In this document: piece by piece, positions 1 through 8,360 of the stretch
How the letters are laid out: each line of letters begins with the position of its first letter
How positions within the stretch are numbered: position 1 is the first letter of the stretch
Source of the DNA: Candidatus Eiseniibacteriota bacterium
GTDB lineage: Bacteria; Eisenbacteria; RBG-16-71-46; DASYSL01
Direction: 5' to 3'
Assembly: GCA_031431875.1 (NCBI GenBank)
Contig: JANPEF010000139.1
Coordinates: 1-25,065, forward strand
Length of the DNA stretch: 25,065 nucleotides
The notes under the pieces: model-generated
Seen by the model: only the letters and a program-made list of their open reading frames with translations
The model's database searches: none
Told to the model about the DNA's origin: nothing
Position numbers and translations under genes: made by a program

Positions 1-785
1 TCGTAGTCGCGTTCTGGACCGAAGACCCACTCCTCGCTGCGCTTGAGGCAGAGCTCCGGCGTCTGCAGGTCGAAGAGAGCGAGCCCGAGCCGGTACAAGC
101 ATCCCGCCGCAGTCTGGCGCACGCCGTGGTAGATCACCAGCCAGCCCGCGGGCGTCTCGATGGGCGGCGGCGACAGCCCGATCTTGCGCGCATCCCACCA
201 CCCGCCGGCGCGCGCCTCGAGGATCAACTTGCGGCTTCCCCAGTGGCGCAGGTCCGCCGAGTACGAGACCCACATGTGCGCGCCGTGGCGCTCGACCGGA
301 CGGTGGATGATCGCCCACGAGTCGCCGATCCGTCGCGGCAGGAGCGCGGCATCCTTGTCCTCGGGCGGCAGGATCATGCCGAAGCGCTCGAACGTCCGGA
401 AGTCCGAGGTCAGGGCCAGCGACACCCCGGGCCCCGTCTGCGAGTAGGCGGTATAGACGACCGCATGCTTGTCCAGTTCGGGCACCCACGTGATGCGCGG
501 ATCCTCGACGCCCCACATCTCCTCGGGGTAGTTCTCGGCGTCGGCCGCGAGCGTGGGCGAGGGGTCGATGATCCAGCCGTCGACGCCGTTGGTCGAGCGT
601 GCCGCGGACAGGTGCGAGATGCCGCGCCGATCCTCGACCCGGCACAACAGTAAGGTCGTGCCATCCGCGAGCAGGGTCGCGCCCGGGTTGAAGACGCGGT
701 GCACGGGGTACGGCCAATCCCTTGCCGTCAGGATCGGATTCGCGTCAGACCGGCGAAAGAGCTCCGGGTAGTGCTGCTGGCTCAT
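1..785 (-). CDS. GH130-family glycoside phosphorylase/glycosidase (3' end runs off the left edge)
   Basis: Absent from the ORF track because it is open at the edge. Manual translation from ATG at 785 gives MSQQHYPELFRRSDANPILTARDWPYPVHRVFNPGATLLADGTTLLLCRVEDRRGISHLSAARSTNGVDGW...WGVEDPRIT..., with the NPIL, VFNPGA, RVED and EDPR motifs of GH130 five-bladed propellers. GGAG lies upstream of the start, and the gene overlaps the end of the GT4 gene. Confidence 0.88.
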   Translation of the reverse strand, partial: MSQQHYPELFRRSDANPILTARDWPYPVHRVFNPGATLLADGTTLLLCRVEDRRGISHLSAARSTNGVDGWIIDPSPTLAADAENYPEEMWGVEDPRITWVPELDKHAVVYTAYSQTGPGVSLALTSDFRTFERFGMILPPEDKDAALLPRRIGDSWAIIHRPVERHGAHMWVSYSADLRHWGSRKLILEARAGGWWDARKIGLSPPPIETPAGWLVIYHGVRQTAAGCLYRLGLALFDLQTPELCLKRSEEWVFGPERDY

Positions 786-3057
786 GGGGGGCGGTCTCCA
801 CTGCGAGCGGGGCCGCCTCGGCCAGGCGCAGTTCGAGGAGGGACTGCAGGAAGGCGAGCGTCGACTCCGCGCCCTGGTTCTCGTTCGGGCGGTCGGGATG
901 CAGTCCGTCGCGACAGCCACCCATCGTCGGATCGTAGATGGGCAGGTTGAGATCGTTGCGGCCGAGGAACCATTCGAAGGCGCGCCGCGCCTCGCTGCGC
1001 CAGCGCCTGTCGCCGGTGGCGCGGTAGGCCTCGAGGCACGCCGAGACGGTCGCCTGCGCCTCGACCGGCTGCTGGTCGAAGCGGGCGCGCTCCTTGCCGC
1101 GCTCGTAGAAGCCGTTCGATCCGATGGGAACGAAGTGCCTTCCCCCGGGATCACCGCGCTGCAGGTCCGAGAGCCAGCGCAGGGACTCGAGACCGGCCTC
1201 GAGCATCGCCGGATCCGGAATCGAGCGGCCACAGAGGATCAGCGCGTGGGGCAGCACGGCATTGCAGTAACTGAGGCTGTTCTCGAACCAGCGCCAGTCG
1301 TCGGCGCGGTGGCGGCGGTAGAGCCCGAGCAGACGGCCGCCCAGTTCGTCGCGGGTCTGGCTGGCGCGGCGATCGCCGTCGAAGCGGCGCATGTACTCGT
1401 CGATGCCGACGAGTGCAAACGCCCAGGCGCGCGGGCTCGTCGTGTCGTTGATCGCGGGCAGGGCGAGCTCGAAGGCGCGGCCGGCCATGCTGTGCAGCGC
1501 CGGCGTGTTCGAGCGCCCGAGCATGGTGCCCAGCGCCCACAGCGCGCGGCCGTGGCTGTCGTCGGAGCCGATGTCCTCCATCCAGCGCCGCTCGTAGTCC
1601 ATGAAGTTGCGGAATCGACCGTTCTCGGTGTGAAACGCGTGCCAGAGGAACGCGAGGTACGTCGTCGACAGGTCCTGCGCCTCGCCGTAGCCCAGCTCCT
1701 CGAGCAGCGCGCTGACCACCAGCGCGCGGGCGTTGTCGTCGGTCGTGTAGCCCTCGCGATAGTTGGGAACGGTGAACAGGGCGTGCTGCAGCATCCCGGT
1801 CGCGTCGGTCATCCGTCGCAGGTGGTCGAGCTTGAGCGGCGGCAGCTCGCCGGGCCGCTTGTCGAGCGGCTTGACCGCAAACTCCGCGCTGGGGAGATAA
1901 CGGCGTTCCGCGCGGGCACGCTCGAAGGTGGTCATGTAGCGCTGCGCCACGATCGGCCAGGTCATCTCGCGACCGTACAGGTAGGCGCGCTTGCGCATGG
2001 CGTTCCGCGCCGGCTCGTTGTCGAGCAGGGCGATCACCGCCTCGGCCAGCGCCGCAGGCTCCTGGAACGGGACGAGCACGCCGCGCTCCTCGCCGAGCAT
2101 CTCCTCGGCGTACCAGTACGGCGTCGAGATCACGGCCTTCCCCGCGCCCACCGTGTAGGCGAGCGTGCCGGACGTGATCTGCGCGGCGTTGCGGTACGGG
2201 GTGATGTACACGTCGGCGGCGCCGATGAACTCGTTCAGCTCCTCGAGCGAGACGAAGCGGTTGTAGAAGATGACGTGGCTCTCGACGCCCTTGTCCTGCG
2301 CCTGCCACTCGAGCGACAGCCGGTACGACTCGCCGTCGCTCGCGAGGACGTGCGGATGCGTGGCGCCGACGATCATGTAGACCACGTTGGGATGGCGCTC
2401 CACGATCGCGGGCAGGGCCGCGATCACGTTCTCGATGCCCTTGTTGGCCGAGAGCAGGCCGAAGCTCAGGAGCACGATCTTGCCTTCCACGCCGAACAGA
2501 TCCTTGTGGAAGCTCGGGTCGACGAACGGAACGTCGGGAATGCCGTGCGGGATCCGGTCGATCTTCTCCGGGGACACGCCGTAGACCTCCTCGAGGAACT
2601 CCGCACCGCGCCCGCTCATGACGACGACGCGGTCGGACAGCGCGACGACCTCCTGGAGTACGCGCCGCTGGTCGGGATCGGGATCACGCAGGATCGTGTG
2701 CAGCGTGGTGACGACCGGCATGCGCAACTCGCGCAGGAGCGCCAGGAGGTGGCTGCCCGCGCGGCCGCCGAAGATGCCGTACTCGTGCTGCAAGCAGACG
2801 AGGTCGACGTCGTTGATGTTGAGGAAGTCCGCGGCGCGGCGGTACGACTCGACGTCCTTCTCCACCAGCTCGAAGCGCACGCGGGGCGGGTAGTCGTATC
2901 CCGCCTCGAGGTCGTTGACGGGCAACGCGATGCACGTCGTGCTCTCGTAGGCGTCGGCGATCGCTTCGCACAGGTCGGTCGTGAACGTGGCGATGCCACA
3001 CTGGCGGGGCTGGTAGTTGCCGATGAAGGCGATGCGGGAGAGGGTCGAGGCGGCCAT
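745..3057 (-). CDS. GT4 (GT-B) glycosyltransferase fused to a C-terminal (alpha/alpha)-barrel glycosidase-like domain, 770 aa
   Basis: GT4 motifs are PRQCGIATFT, QHEYGIFGG, FGLLSANKGIE and TSGTLAYTVGAGKAVISTPY. The second half (GYTTDDNARAL, DSHGRALWALG, FDQQPVEA, GGCRDGLHPDRPNENQGAESTLA) is a helical sugar-enzyme-like domain. Start placed at ATG 3057 behind GGAG rather than at the ORF-track start 3210. Confidence 0.88.
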   Translation of the reverse strand: MAASTLSRIAFIGNYQPRQCGIATFTTDLCEAIADAYESTTCIALPVNDLEAGYDYPPRVRFELVEKDVESYRRAADFLNINDVDLVCLQHEYGIFGGRAGSHLLALLRELRMPVVTTLHTILRDPDPDQRRVLQEVVALSDRVVVMSGRGAEFLEEVYGVSPEKIDRIPHGIPDVPFVDPSFHKDLFGVEGKIVLLSFGLLSANKGIENVIAALPAIVERHPNVVYMIVGATHPHVLASDGESYRLSLEWQAQDKGVESHVIFYNRFVSLEELNEFIGAADVYITPYRNAAQITSGTLAYTVGAGKAVISTPYWYAEEMLGEERGVLVPFQEPAALAEAVIALLDNEPARNAMRKRAYLYGREMTWPIVAQRYMTTFERARAERRYLPSAEFAVKPLDKRPGELPPLKLDHLRRMTDATGMLQHALFTVPNYREGYTTDDNARALVVSALLEELGYGEAQDLSTTYLAFLWHAFHTENGRFRNFMDYERRWMEDIGSDDSHGRALWALGTMLGRSNTPALHSMAGRAFELALPAINDTTSPRAWAFALVGIDEYMRRFDGDRRASQTRDELGGRLLGLYRRHRADDWRWFENSLSYCNAVLPHALILCGRSIPDPAMLEAGLESLRWLSDLQRGDPGGRHFVPIGSNGFYERGKERARFDQQPVEAQATVSACLEAYRATGDRRWRSEARRAFEWFLGRNDLNLPIYDPTMGGCRDGLHPDRPNENQGAESTLAFLQSLLELRLAEAAPLAVETAPHEPAALPGALSPV

Positions 3058-3107
3058 GGCGTTCTCCAGGTGCAGGTGCGCCGTCCCCGGGCGCGACGGG
3101 AAGGCAA

Positions 3108-3455
3108 TCAGAGGAGCTTCTCGACGAGCTTGAGGACCTCGGGCATGGAGCGGCCCGATTCCTTGATCTTTCGCAGGAGGATGCGCACTTCCGGCGTCTC
3201 GCTCGCCCACTCCTGCAGGTCGCTCTCGAAGCGCGCATCGAGGCGGTCGAGCCCGGCGTGCGTCGCGCCGACGGGCTGCAGCTCGTGAGCGATCGCCTGG
3301 AGCAGTTCGCGCGAGGGGCGGCGCCGGTCCCGCTCGATGTCCGAGAGATGAGGCGCGGAGACCCCGACGGTCTGCGCGAACCGGCGGAGGCTGGTGCCGG
3401 AGAGGGTGCGCAGCCGGCGGATTTCGCGGCCGAGGGTATCGGTCTTCGGAGCCAT
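3108..3455 (-). CDS. XRE/Cro-C1 family helix-turn-helix transcriptional regulator, 115 aa
   Basis: LGREIRRLRTLSGTSLRRFAQTVGVSAPHLSDIERDRRRPSRELLQAIAHEL is a typical HTH_3 pattern. Start at ATG 3455; ATG 3464 is an alternative. Confidence 0.88.
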   Translation of the reverse strand: MAPKTDTLGREIRRLRTLSGTSLRRFAQTVGVSAPHLSDIERDRRRPSRELLQAIAHELQPVGATHAGLDRLDARFESDLQEWASETPEVRILLRKIKESGRSMPEVLKLVEKLL

Positions 3456-3471
3456 GTTCCGCATGTTAGCA
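3456..3471 (-). promoter_or_regulatory. Extended -10 promoter (TG-C-TAACAT) 7 nt before the XRE ATG; probable leaderless transcript
   Basis: The minus strand reads TGC TAACAT GCGGAAC ATG, with no clear Shine-Dalgarno sequence. Confidence 0.5.
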
Positions 3472-3546
3472 TACAGACGGAACACTCAGGTTGCACCCTC
3501 TCGAGCGGGGGCGCATCGGTCAGGCAGCCACCCGAAGGAGATCAGA

Positions 3547-3933
3547 ATGCGGATCGCAAAGAACGATGTCCCCGTGCGGATCAACGCGCCCGGCGCCGTC
3601 GCCCGGCAACAGACCGACTTCGGCGATGCGTCGGGATACGGAAAGATCAGCGGAGAGTACTTTTCGCTCGCTGCCGGGGCGGATATCGCGCCGCTGCTCG
3701 AGGGGCTGGAGGGCGACCTCTGTCAGTCCCCGCACTGGGGGTACCTCCTCCAGGGAGAGGTGACCGTCAGCTATGCCGATGGCACTTCGGAAGTCATCCG
3801 GAGCGGCGACCTGTTCTACTGGCCGCCCGGGCACTCCGTGCGAGTCGGCGCGGACGCCGAGGTCATCCTGTTCAGCCCGCAGGAAGAGCACGGCAAGGTC
3901 ATCGACCACATGTTGCGCAAGATGGCGGGCTGA
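3547..3933 (+). CDS. Cupin-domain protein, 128 aa
   Basis: CQSPHWGYLLQGEVTVSY...GDLFYWPPGH matches cupin motifs 1 and 2. RBS GAAGGAG lies 6 nt before ATG 3547. Confidence 0.85.
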   Translation: MRIAKNDVPVRINAPGAVARQQTDFGDASGYGKISGEYFSLAAGADIAPLLEGLEGDLCQSPHWGYLLQGEVTVSYADGTSEVIRSGDLFYWPPGHSVRVGADAEVILFSPQEEHGKVIDHMLRKMAG

Positions 3934-4125
3934 CGCGTGCGGGCCCGGGACTGTTTCTGGCCGGCACGATGTGGCTCAAAGTAATGTCGGACAGGGACTT
4001 GTGCGATCCCGATGGCTCGGCGGAAGCGATCGAAGATTTTTCCGAAATGACTATCTATTCGCCGGGAGCCGGCCCATACTCCGGTTGTCTTCGGTTGTCT
4101 GTGGATGTGCTTGCCAGCGATCCGA

Positions 4126-4157
4126 TCCGCCAGAGGACTCCTCGGGCGGGTTTTTTT
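4126..4157 (+). terminator. Intrinsic terminator-like hairpin upstream of the cold-shock gene
   Basis: TCCGCC-A-GAGG-act-CCTC-G-GGCGGG is followed directly by T7 (4151-4157). Confidence 0.7.
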
Positions 4158-4266
4158 GTGGGCAGCCTTCCACGAACCGGAGCACCGGTCACGAAGACCG
4201 GAAAAGTCGCGGCATTCCGCCGCATCAAGCACGGGCCTTCGGGCCCGGATACAACAGGAGTACAAA

Positions 4267-4467
4267 GTGGCCAGTGGTACCGTGAAGTGGTTCAACGAGG
4301 CGAAGGGCTTCGGTTTCATCTCCCAGGCTGACGGCGAAGACGTGTTCGTCCATTTCTCCGCCATCACCGGCGACGGCTTCAAGACGCTCGCCGAAGGTGA
4401 AGCCATCGAGTTCGACGTGACGCGCGGGCCGAAGGGCCTGCAGGCGGCGAACGTTCGCAAGGCCTAG
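4267..4467 (+). CDS. cspA: Cold-shock protein (CspA family), 66 aa
   Basis: GTG start after [25 protein letters not shown]...DVFVHFSAI...[10 protein letters not shown] contains the RNP1 and RNP2 motifs. The paralogue letter cannot be determined. Confidence 0.96.
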   Translation: MASGTVKWFNEAKGFGFISQADGEDVFVHFSAITGDGFKTLAEGEAIEFDVTRGPKGLQAANVRKA

Positions 4468-4493
4468 ACAGCCCGAGATCGCACTTCGCACCG

Positions 4494-4523
4494 GGGGGCG
4501 GTGTCCGCAAGGACGCCGCCCCC
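4494..4523 (+). terminator. 13-bp GC hairpin with GCAA tetraloop after csp (terminator or stabiliser)
   Basis: GGGGGCGGTGTCC-GCAA-GGACGCCGCCCCC with one G-U pair; the U-tract is weak (ACGTGTTAT). Confidence 0.55.
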
Positions 4524-4598
4524 ACGTGTTATGGTGCGCATCTCGACTCGGGGCCGCGCGATCGACCGCGCCCTTCCACCCATTCTTCGGAGGACCGC

Positions 4599-4838
4599 AT
4601 GGCCGCCACCCGGATCACCGTCCGCAACAATGGCTCGCTCGCCGTCGAAGGCGACTTCGAGATTGTCGACGCCGAGGGCAAGCCCTTCGGCCTGGCCGGC
4701 CGGCAGAAGCTGTCGCTGTGCCGCTGCGGCCAGTCGTCGAACAAGCCGTTCTGTGACGGGGCGCACAAGACCTGCGGCTTCGATTCGACGCTCATCGCCT
4801 TCGACCTGCCCGCCCCGGCGCCCAAGCCCGCAATCTAG
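4599..4838 (+). CDS. CDGSH-type iron-sulfur domain protein, 79 aa
   Basis: LCRCGQSSNKPFCDGAH matches the CDGSH [2Fe-2S] motif. RBS GGAGG. Confidence 0.93.
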   Translation: MAATRITVRNNGSLAVEGDFEIVDAEGKPFGLAGRQKLSLCRCGQSSNKPFCDGAHKTCGFDSTLIAFDLPAPAPKPAI

Positions 4839-5509
4839 CCCCCGCTAGCCTCGCTTGGCCGGTCCAGCCCCGCGGGATCCGACGCGCCGCCCGGAATCGA
4901 CAGGGGCGGTGCGTCGTCGTCATTCCGGCCCTCGCGCCGGGCCCAGCGGACCCACAGCGCGGTGATCGCCACCCACAGCAAGAGCCCACCCGGCACCCAC
5001 AGGATCACCGCCCCTGCCTTCTGATCGGCGAGCGTGACGCCGGCGTACAGCGCGCGCGACGCCGTTGCGATCGTGCCCGCGACGATCTGGTGGGGTACCC
5101 CCAGCAGGAAGAGCAGCGCCATCGCCGCCGGCTCCCGCAGTCGCCCCGGCGCCCCGACGGGCGCACACGCCCCCCACCACGCGACGACGGCCGTCAGCGT
5201 CCATCCGCCCGCCAGCAACGCGCCGGCCCAGGGCCGGCCGAGCGCGAGATCGACGCACGCCGGCACGAACGCGAGCGCCAGCCCCACGCCGAAGGCGACA
5301 ATCGCGATCGGCGGCCGCGCCAGCGCGCCCAGCACCGCGCGATAGCGCGGGCGCATGCCGAACAGGACGAGGCCCAGCGGCACGGCGATGTAGGTGACCA
5401 GCAGGAAGCGGAGCGCATGCGCCTGGAACGGGCCGGCGGAGGCGAGAGCCGGGGAGAAAGCGATCGCGGCGACCGCGCCAAGCACGATCGCCGCAAGGAG
5501 CATCTTCAT
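4835..5509 (-). CDS. ctaG: Cytochrome c oxidase caa3 assembly factor (CtaG-like), divergent, 224 aa
   Basis: Polytopic membrane protein with C-terminal LADQKAGAVILWVPGG, resembling the Caa3_CtaG DQxxGGxIMW motif. It is the last gene of the cta operon. Confidence 0.7.
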   Translation of the reverse strand: MKMLLAAIVLGAVAAIAFSPALASAGPFQAHALRFLLVTYIAVPLGLVLFGMRPRYRAVLGALARPPIAIVAFGVGLALAFVPACVDLALGRPWAGALLAGGWTLTAVVAWWGACAPVGAPGRLREPAAMALLFLLGVPHQIVAGTIATASRALYAGVTLADQKAGAVILWVPGGLLLWVAITALWVRWARREGRNDDDAPPLSIPGGASDPAGLDRPSEASGG

Positions 5510-5521
5510 CGGTCGGGCGGC

Positions 5522-5848
5522 CTAGCCGCGCTGCGCCGCCATCAGCCACAGGAGCACCAGCGTGATCGCAAAGGCGAACACCATGGGGACGTAGAACACC
5601 CACGAGTACATCTTCGGGTCGAACTTGAGGTGCATGTAGTAGCCGGCCACGATCCCGAACTTGACCGCCGACAGCGACAGCAGGATCGGCGTCAGGAACG
5701 GGCGCAATGCCGGCACATAGAACACCGCGACCTCGATCACCGTGATGATCGTGAGGATGATGGCGATGGCCACGTACTTCTTGGCCGTGGGGTGCGCGTG
5801 CCCACCGGCATGGGCGGCCTGGGCGTCGTGTTGGGCGTGCTCGCTCAT
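5522..5848 (-). CDS. ctaF: Cytochrome c oxidase subunit IV (caa3 type), 108 aa
   Basis: Three TM helices, KFGIVAGYYMHLKFD motif, His-rich N-terminus, and position after subunit III. Confidence 0.9.
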   Translation of the reverse strand: MSEHAQHDAQAAHAGGHAHPTAKKYVAIAIILTIITVIEVAVFYVPALRPFLTPILLSLSAVKFGIVAGYYMHLKFDPKMYSWVFYVPMVFAFAITLVLLWLMAAQRG

Positions 5849-5858
5849 GCGTCCTCCC

Positions 5859-6479
5859 CTACTGGAGCAGGTAGATCAGGGTGAAGATCGCGATCCAGAC
5901 CACGTCGACGAAGTGCCAGTACAGGCCGCAGATCTCGACGTCGAGATCGTTGCCCGCCTTGATGCGCCCCGTGAACGTGAGGAAGAACAGCGTCCACAAC
6001 CAGAGCACGCCGACCGTCACGTGGGCGCCGTGGAAGCCGGTGAGGACGAAGAACGTGCTGCCGAACAGGTTGGTCGAGAGCGTGAGCCCCTCGTGGACGA
6101 AGTGGTTGAACTCGTAGATCTGGAAGCCGACGAACATCATGCCCAGGATGGCCGTCGCGGCCAGCCAGAGGCGCGTCTTGCCGATGTCGCCGCGCTGGAT
6201 CCCGGCCAGTGCGAGCACCATGGTCAGCGAACTCATGAGCAGGACGAAGGCGCTCACCGAGGTGAGCGGGATGTTCAGGATCTCGTGCGGATGCGGGCCG
6301 ACCTTGTCGCGACCGCGGTAGATCAGGTACGTCGCGATCAGCGAGCCGAAGAGCATGCACTCCGAGCCGATGAACGTCCAGAACAGGATCTTGCGGCTGC
6401 TCTGGCCGGTGCTCGTGTAGTGATGATCGTCGTGGACGACCGGGGCGGACCCGGCCGCGGCGGCGATGGGTTCGGACAC
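5859..6479 (-). CDS. ctaE: Cytochrome c oxidase subunit III, 206 aa
   Basis: Motifs FIGSECMLF, FFVLTGFHGAHV and GLYWHFVDVVW. GTG start at 6479 behind AGGAG. Confidence 0.95.
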   Translation of the reverse strand: MSEPIAAAAGSAPVVHDDHHYTSTGQSSRKILFWTFIGSECMLFGSLIATYLIYRGRDKVGPHPHEILNIPLTSVSAFVLLMSSLTMVLALAGIQRGDIGKTRLWLAATAILGMMFVGFQIYEFNHFVHEGLTLSTNLFGSTFFVLTGFHGAHVTVGVLWLWTLFFLTFTGRIKAGNDLDVEICGLYWHFVDVVWIAIFTLIYLLQ

Positions 6480-6496
6480 GGCGCTCTCCTTCCCGA

Positions 6497-8320
6497 TCAG
6501 GACGCGGGCTCGAGGGCCCAGCGATAGGTCGAATAGACGAACAGAAGCCCGCCCGGGACTCCCAGGGTCAGGCCGAAGATCAGGCCGGCCATCATCACCG
6601 TCATGCCGAAGGCGGCGAACATCGGCCAGTACGAGGGGTTCGGCATGTGGATGCCGTGTCCGTCGGTCCCGCCGACGTCGATCTTGTGGCCCTTCGGCCC
6701 TTCCTGGTGCCAGAGCGGATCCAGCGTCTTCACGGTCGGCAGCTTCTGGAAGTTGAACTCGGGCGGCGGCGACGTCGCGGTCGCCCACTCGAGCGTCGCG
6801 CCGTTCCACGCGTTCGTCGGGGCGACCTCACCCTTCCGGATGCTGCGGATCAAGTTGTGCAGGAAGATCAGCAAAGAGACCGCGAGCAGGAGCGCGCCGG
6901 CGGTCGACATCTGGTTGTAGAGCTCGAAGCCCATGCCCTTCTGGTACGTATAGACGCGCCGGGGCATGCCGAGCAGGCCCGAGAAGTGCATCGGGAAGAA
7001 CGTCAAGTTCATCGAGATCATGGTCAGCCAGAAGTGCCACTGGCCGAGCGTCTCGTTCATGTAGCGCCCGGTGACCTTGGGGAACCAGTAGTAGATGCCC
7101 GCGATCAGGCCCAGCATGGTGCCGCCGAACAACACGTAGTGGATGTGCGCCACCACGAAGTACGTGTCGTTCTGCTGCGTGTCGGCCGGCGGCGAGCTGT
7201 GCATGATCCCCGACAGGCCACCGATGATGAACATCGAGATGAACCCGATGGCGAACCACATCGGCGTGACCAGCCGGATCGAGCCGCCCCACATGGTGCC
7301 GATCCAGTTGAAGATCTTCACGCCCGTCGGGATGGCGATCAGCATCGTGGCCAGCGCGAAGAACGTGTCGCCCAGCGGTCCCAGGCCGACGGTGAACATG
7401 TGATGACTCCACACGCCCCAGCCCATGAAGCCGATGAAGATCCCCGAGTAGACGATGAACGCGTAACCAAACAGCGGCTTGCCCGAAAACGTGGGCAGGA
7501 TCTCCGAGATCACGCCCATGGCCGGCAGGATCAGGATGTACACCTCGGGGTGGCCGAAGACCCAGAACAGATGCTGCCACAGCAGCGGGTCGCCGCCCTT
7601 GGCCACGTTGAAGAAATTCGTCGGCACGGGCGAGAGGCGGTCGAACATCAACTCGACCAGCGCCACCGTGATCACTGGGAAGGCGAGGATGATCAGGAAC
7701 GAGGTGACCAGCGTCATCCAGGTGAACACCGGCAGGCGCATGAAGCCCAGGCCCGGCGCCCGCAGGTTGATGATCGTGGTGATGAAGTTGAACGCGCCGG
7801 CCAGCGAGGCCACGCCGAGGATCTGCAGGCCCACCGCCCAGAAGTCGATGCTGTGCGTCGGCGAATACGCCTTCCCGGTGAGCGTCGCGTAGCCGTACCA
7901 GCCACCGTCGGGCGCCACGTTCATCAGGAAGCTGATGTTCATGAAGATGCCGCCGAACAGGAACACCCAGTACGAGAACGCGTTGAGCCGCGGGAACGCG
8001 ACGTCGCGGGCGCCGATCTGCAGCGGGATGATGTAGTTGAAGAACGCGACCGACATGGGCATCAGTGCGAGGAAGATCATCGTCGTCGCGTGCATGGTGA
8101 ACAGCGAGTTGTACATCTGCGCCGAGACCACGGTCGCACCGGCGTGCGACAGCTGCAGGCGGATGAGCAGCGCCTCGAAGCCGCCCACGAAGAAGAACCC
8201 GAGGGCGGTGAAGAAATAGAGGATCGCGATCCGCTTGTGGTCGACGGTGGTGATCCACGACCACAGGCCGGTATGGGCGTGTGTGGCGTGGGTCGGCGCG
8301 GCGGCGACGGTGGTTGCCAT
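6497..8320 (-). CDS. ctaD: Cytochrome c oxidase subunit I, A1 type, 607 aa
   Basis: TTVDHKRI, TMHATTMIF, GHPEVYILI (A1 signature), WSHHMF, PTGVKIF (K-channel Lys) and AHIHYV. Extra C-terminal TM helices follow HMPNPSYWP. Confidence 0.98.
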   Translation of the reverse strand: MATTVAAAPTHATHAHTGLWSWITTVDHKRIAILYFFTALGFFFVGGFEALLIRLQLSHAGATVVSAQMYNSLFTMHATTMIFLALMPMSVAFFNYIIPLQIGARDVAFPRLNAFSYWVFLFGGIFMNISFLMNVAPDGGWYGYATLTGKAYSPTHSIDFWAVGLQILGVASLAGAFNFITTIINLRAPGLGFMRLPVFTWMTLVTSFLIILAFPVITVALVELMFDRLSPVPTNFFNVAKGGDPLLWQHLFWVFGHPEVYILILPAMGVISEILPTFSGKPLFGYAFIVYSGIFIGFMGWGVWSHHMFTVGLGPLGDTFFALATMLIAIPTGVKIFNWIGTMWGGSIRLVTPMWFAIGFISMFIIGGLSGIMHSSPPADTQQNDTYFVVAHIHYVLFGGTMLGLIAGIYYWFPKVTGRYMNETLGQWHFWLTMISMNLTFFPMHFSGLLGMPRRVYTYQKGMGFELYNQMSTAGALLLAVSLLIFLHNLIRSIRKGEVAPTNAWNGATLEWATATSPPPEFNFQKLPTVKTLDPLWHQEGPKGHKIDVGGTDGHGIHMPNPSYWPMFAAFGMTVMMAGLIFGLTLGVPGGLLFVYSTYRWALEPAS

Positions 8321-8360
8321 GTGGATTTGCCTCGTCTCCGGGATCGGGTGCGGCGCCGGC

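Noticed and set aside
784..3288. 834-aa plus-strand ORF
   Set aside because: Antisense shadow of the GT4 gene; long stop-free reverse frames are expected in high-GC3 DNA and it has no motifs.
3258..4460. 357-aa (+) and 214-aa (-) ORFs spanning the cupin-csp region
   Set aside because: They overlap better-supported genes and an intrinsic terminator, and lack motifs.
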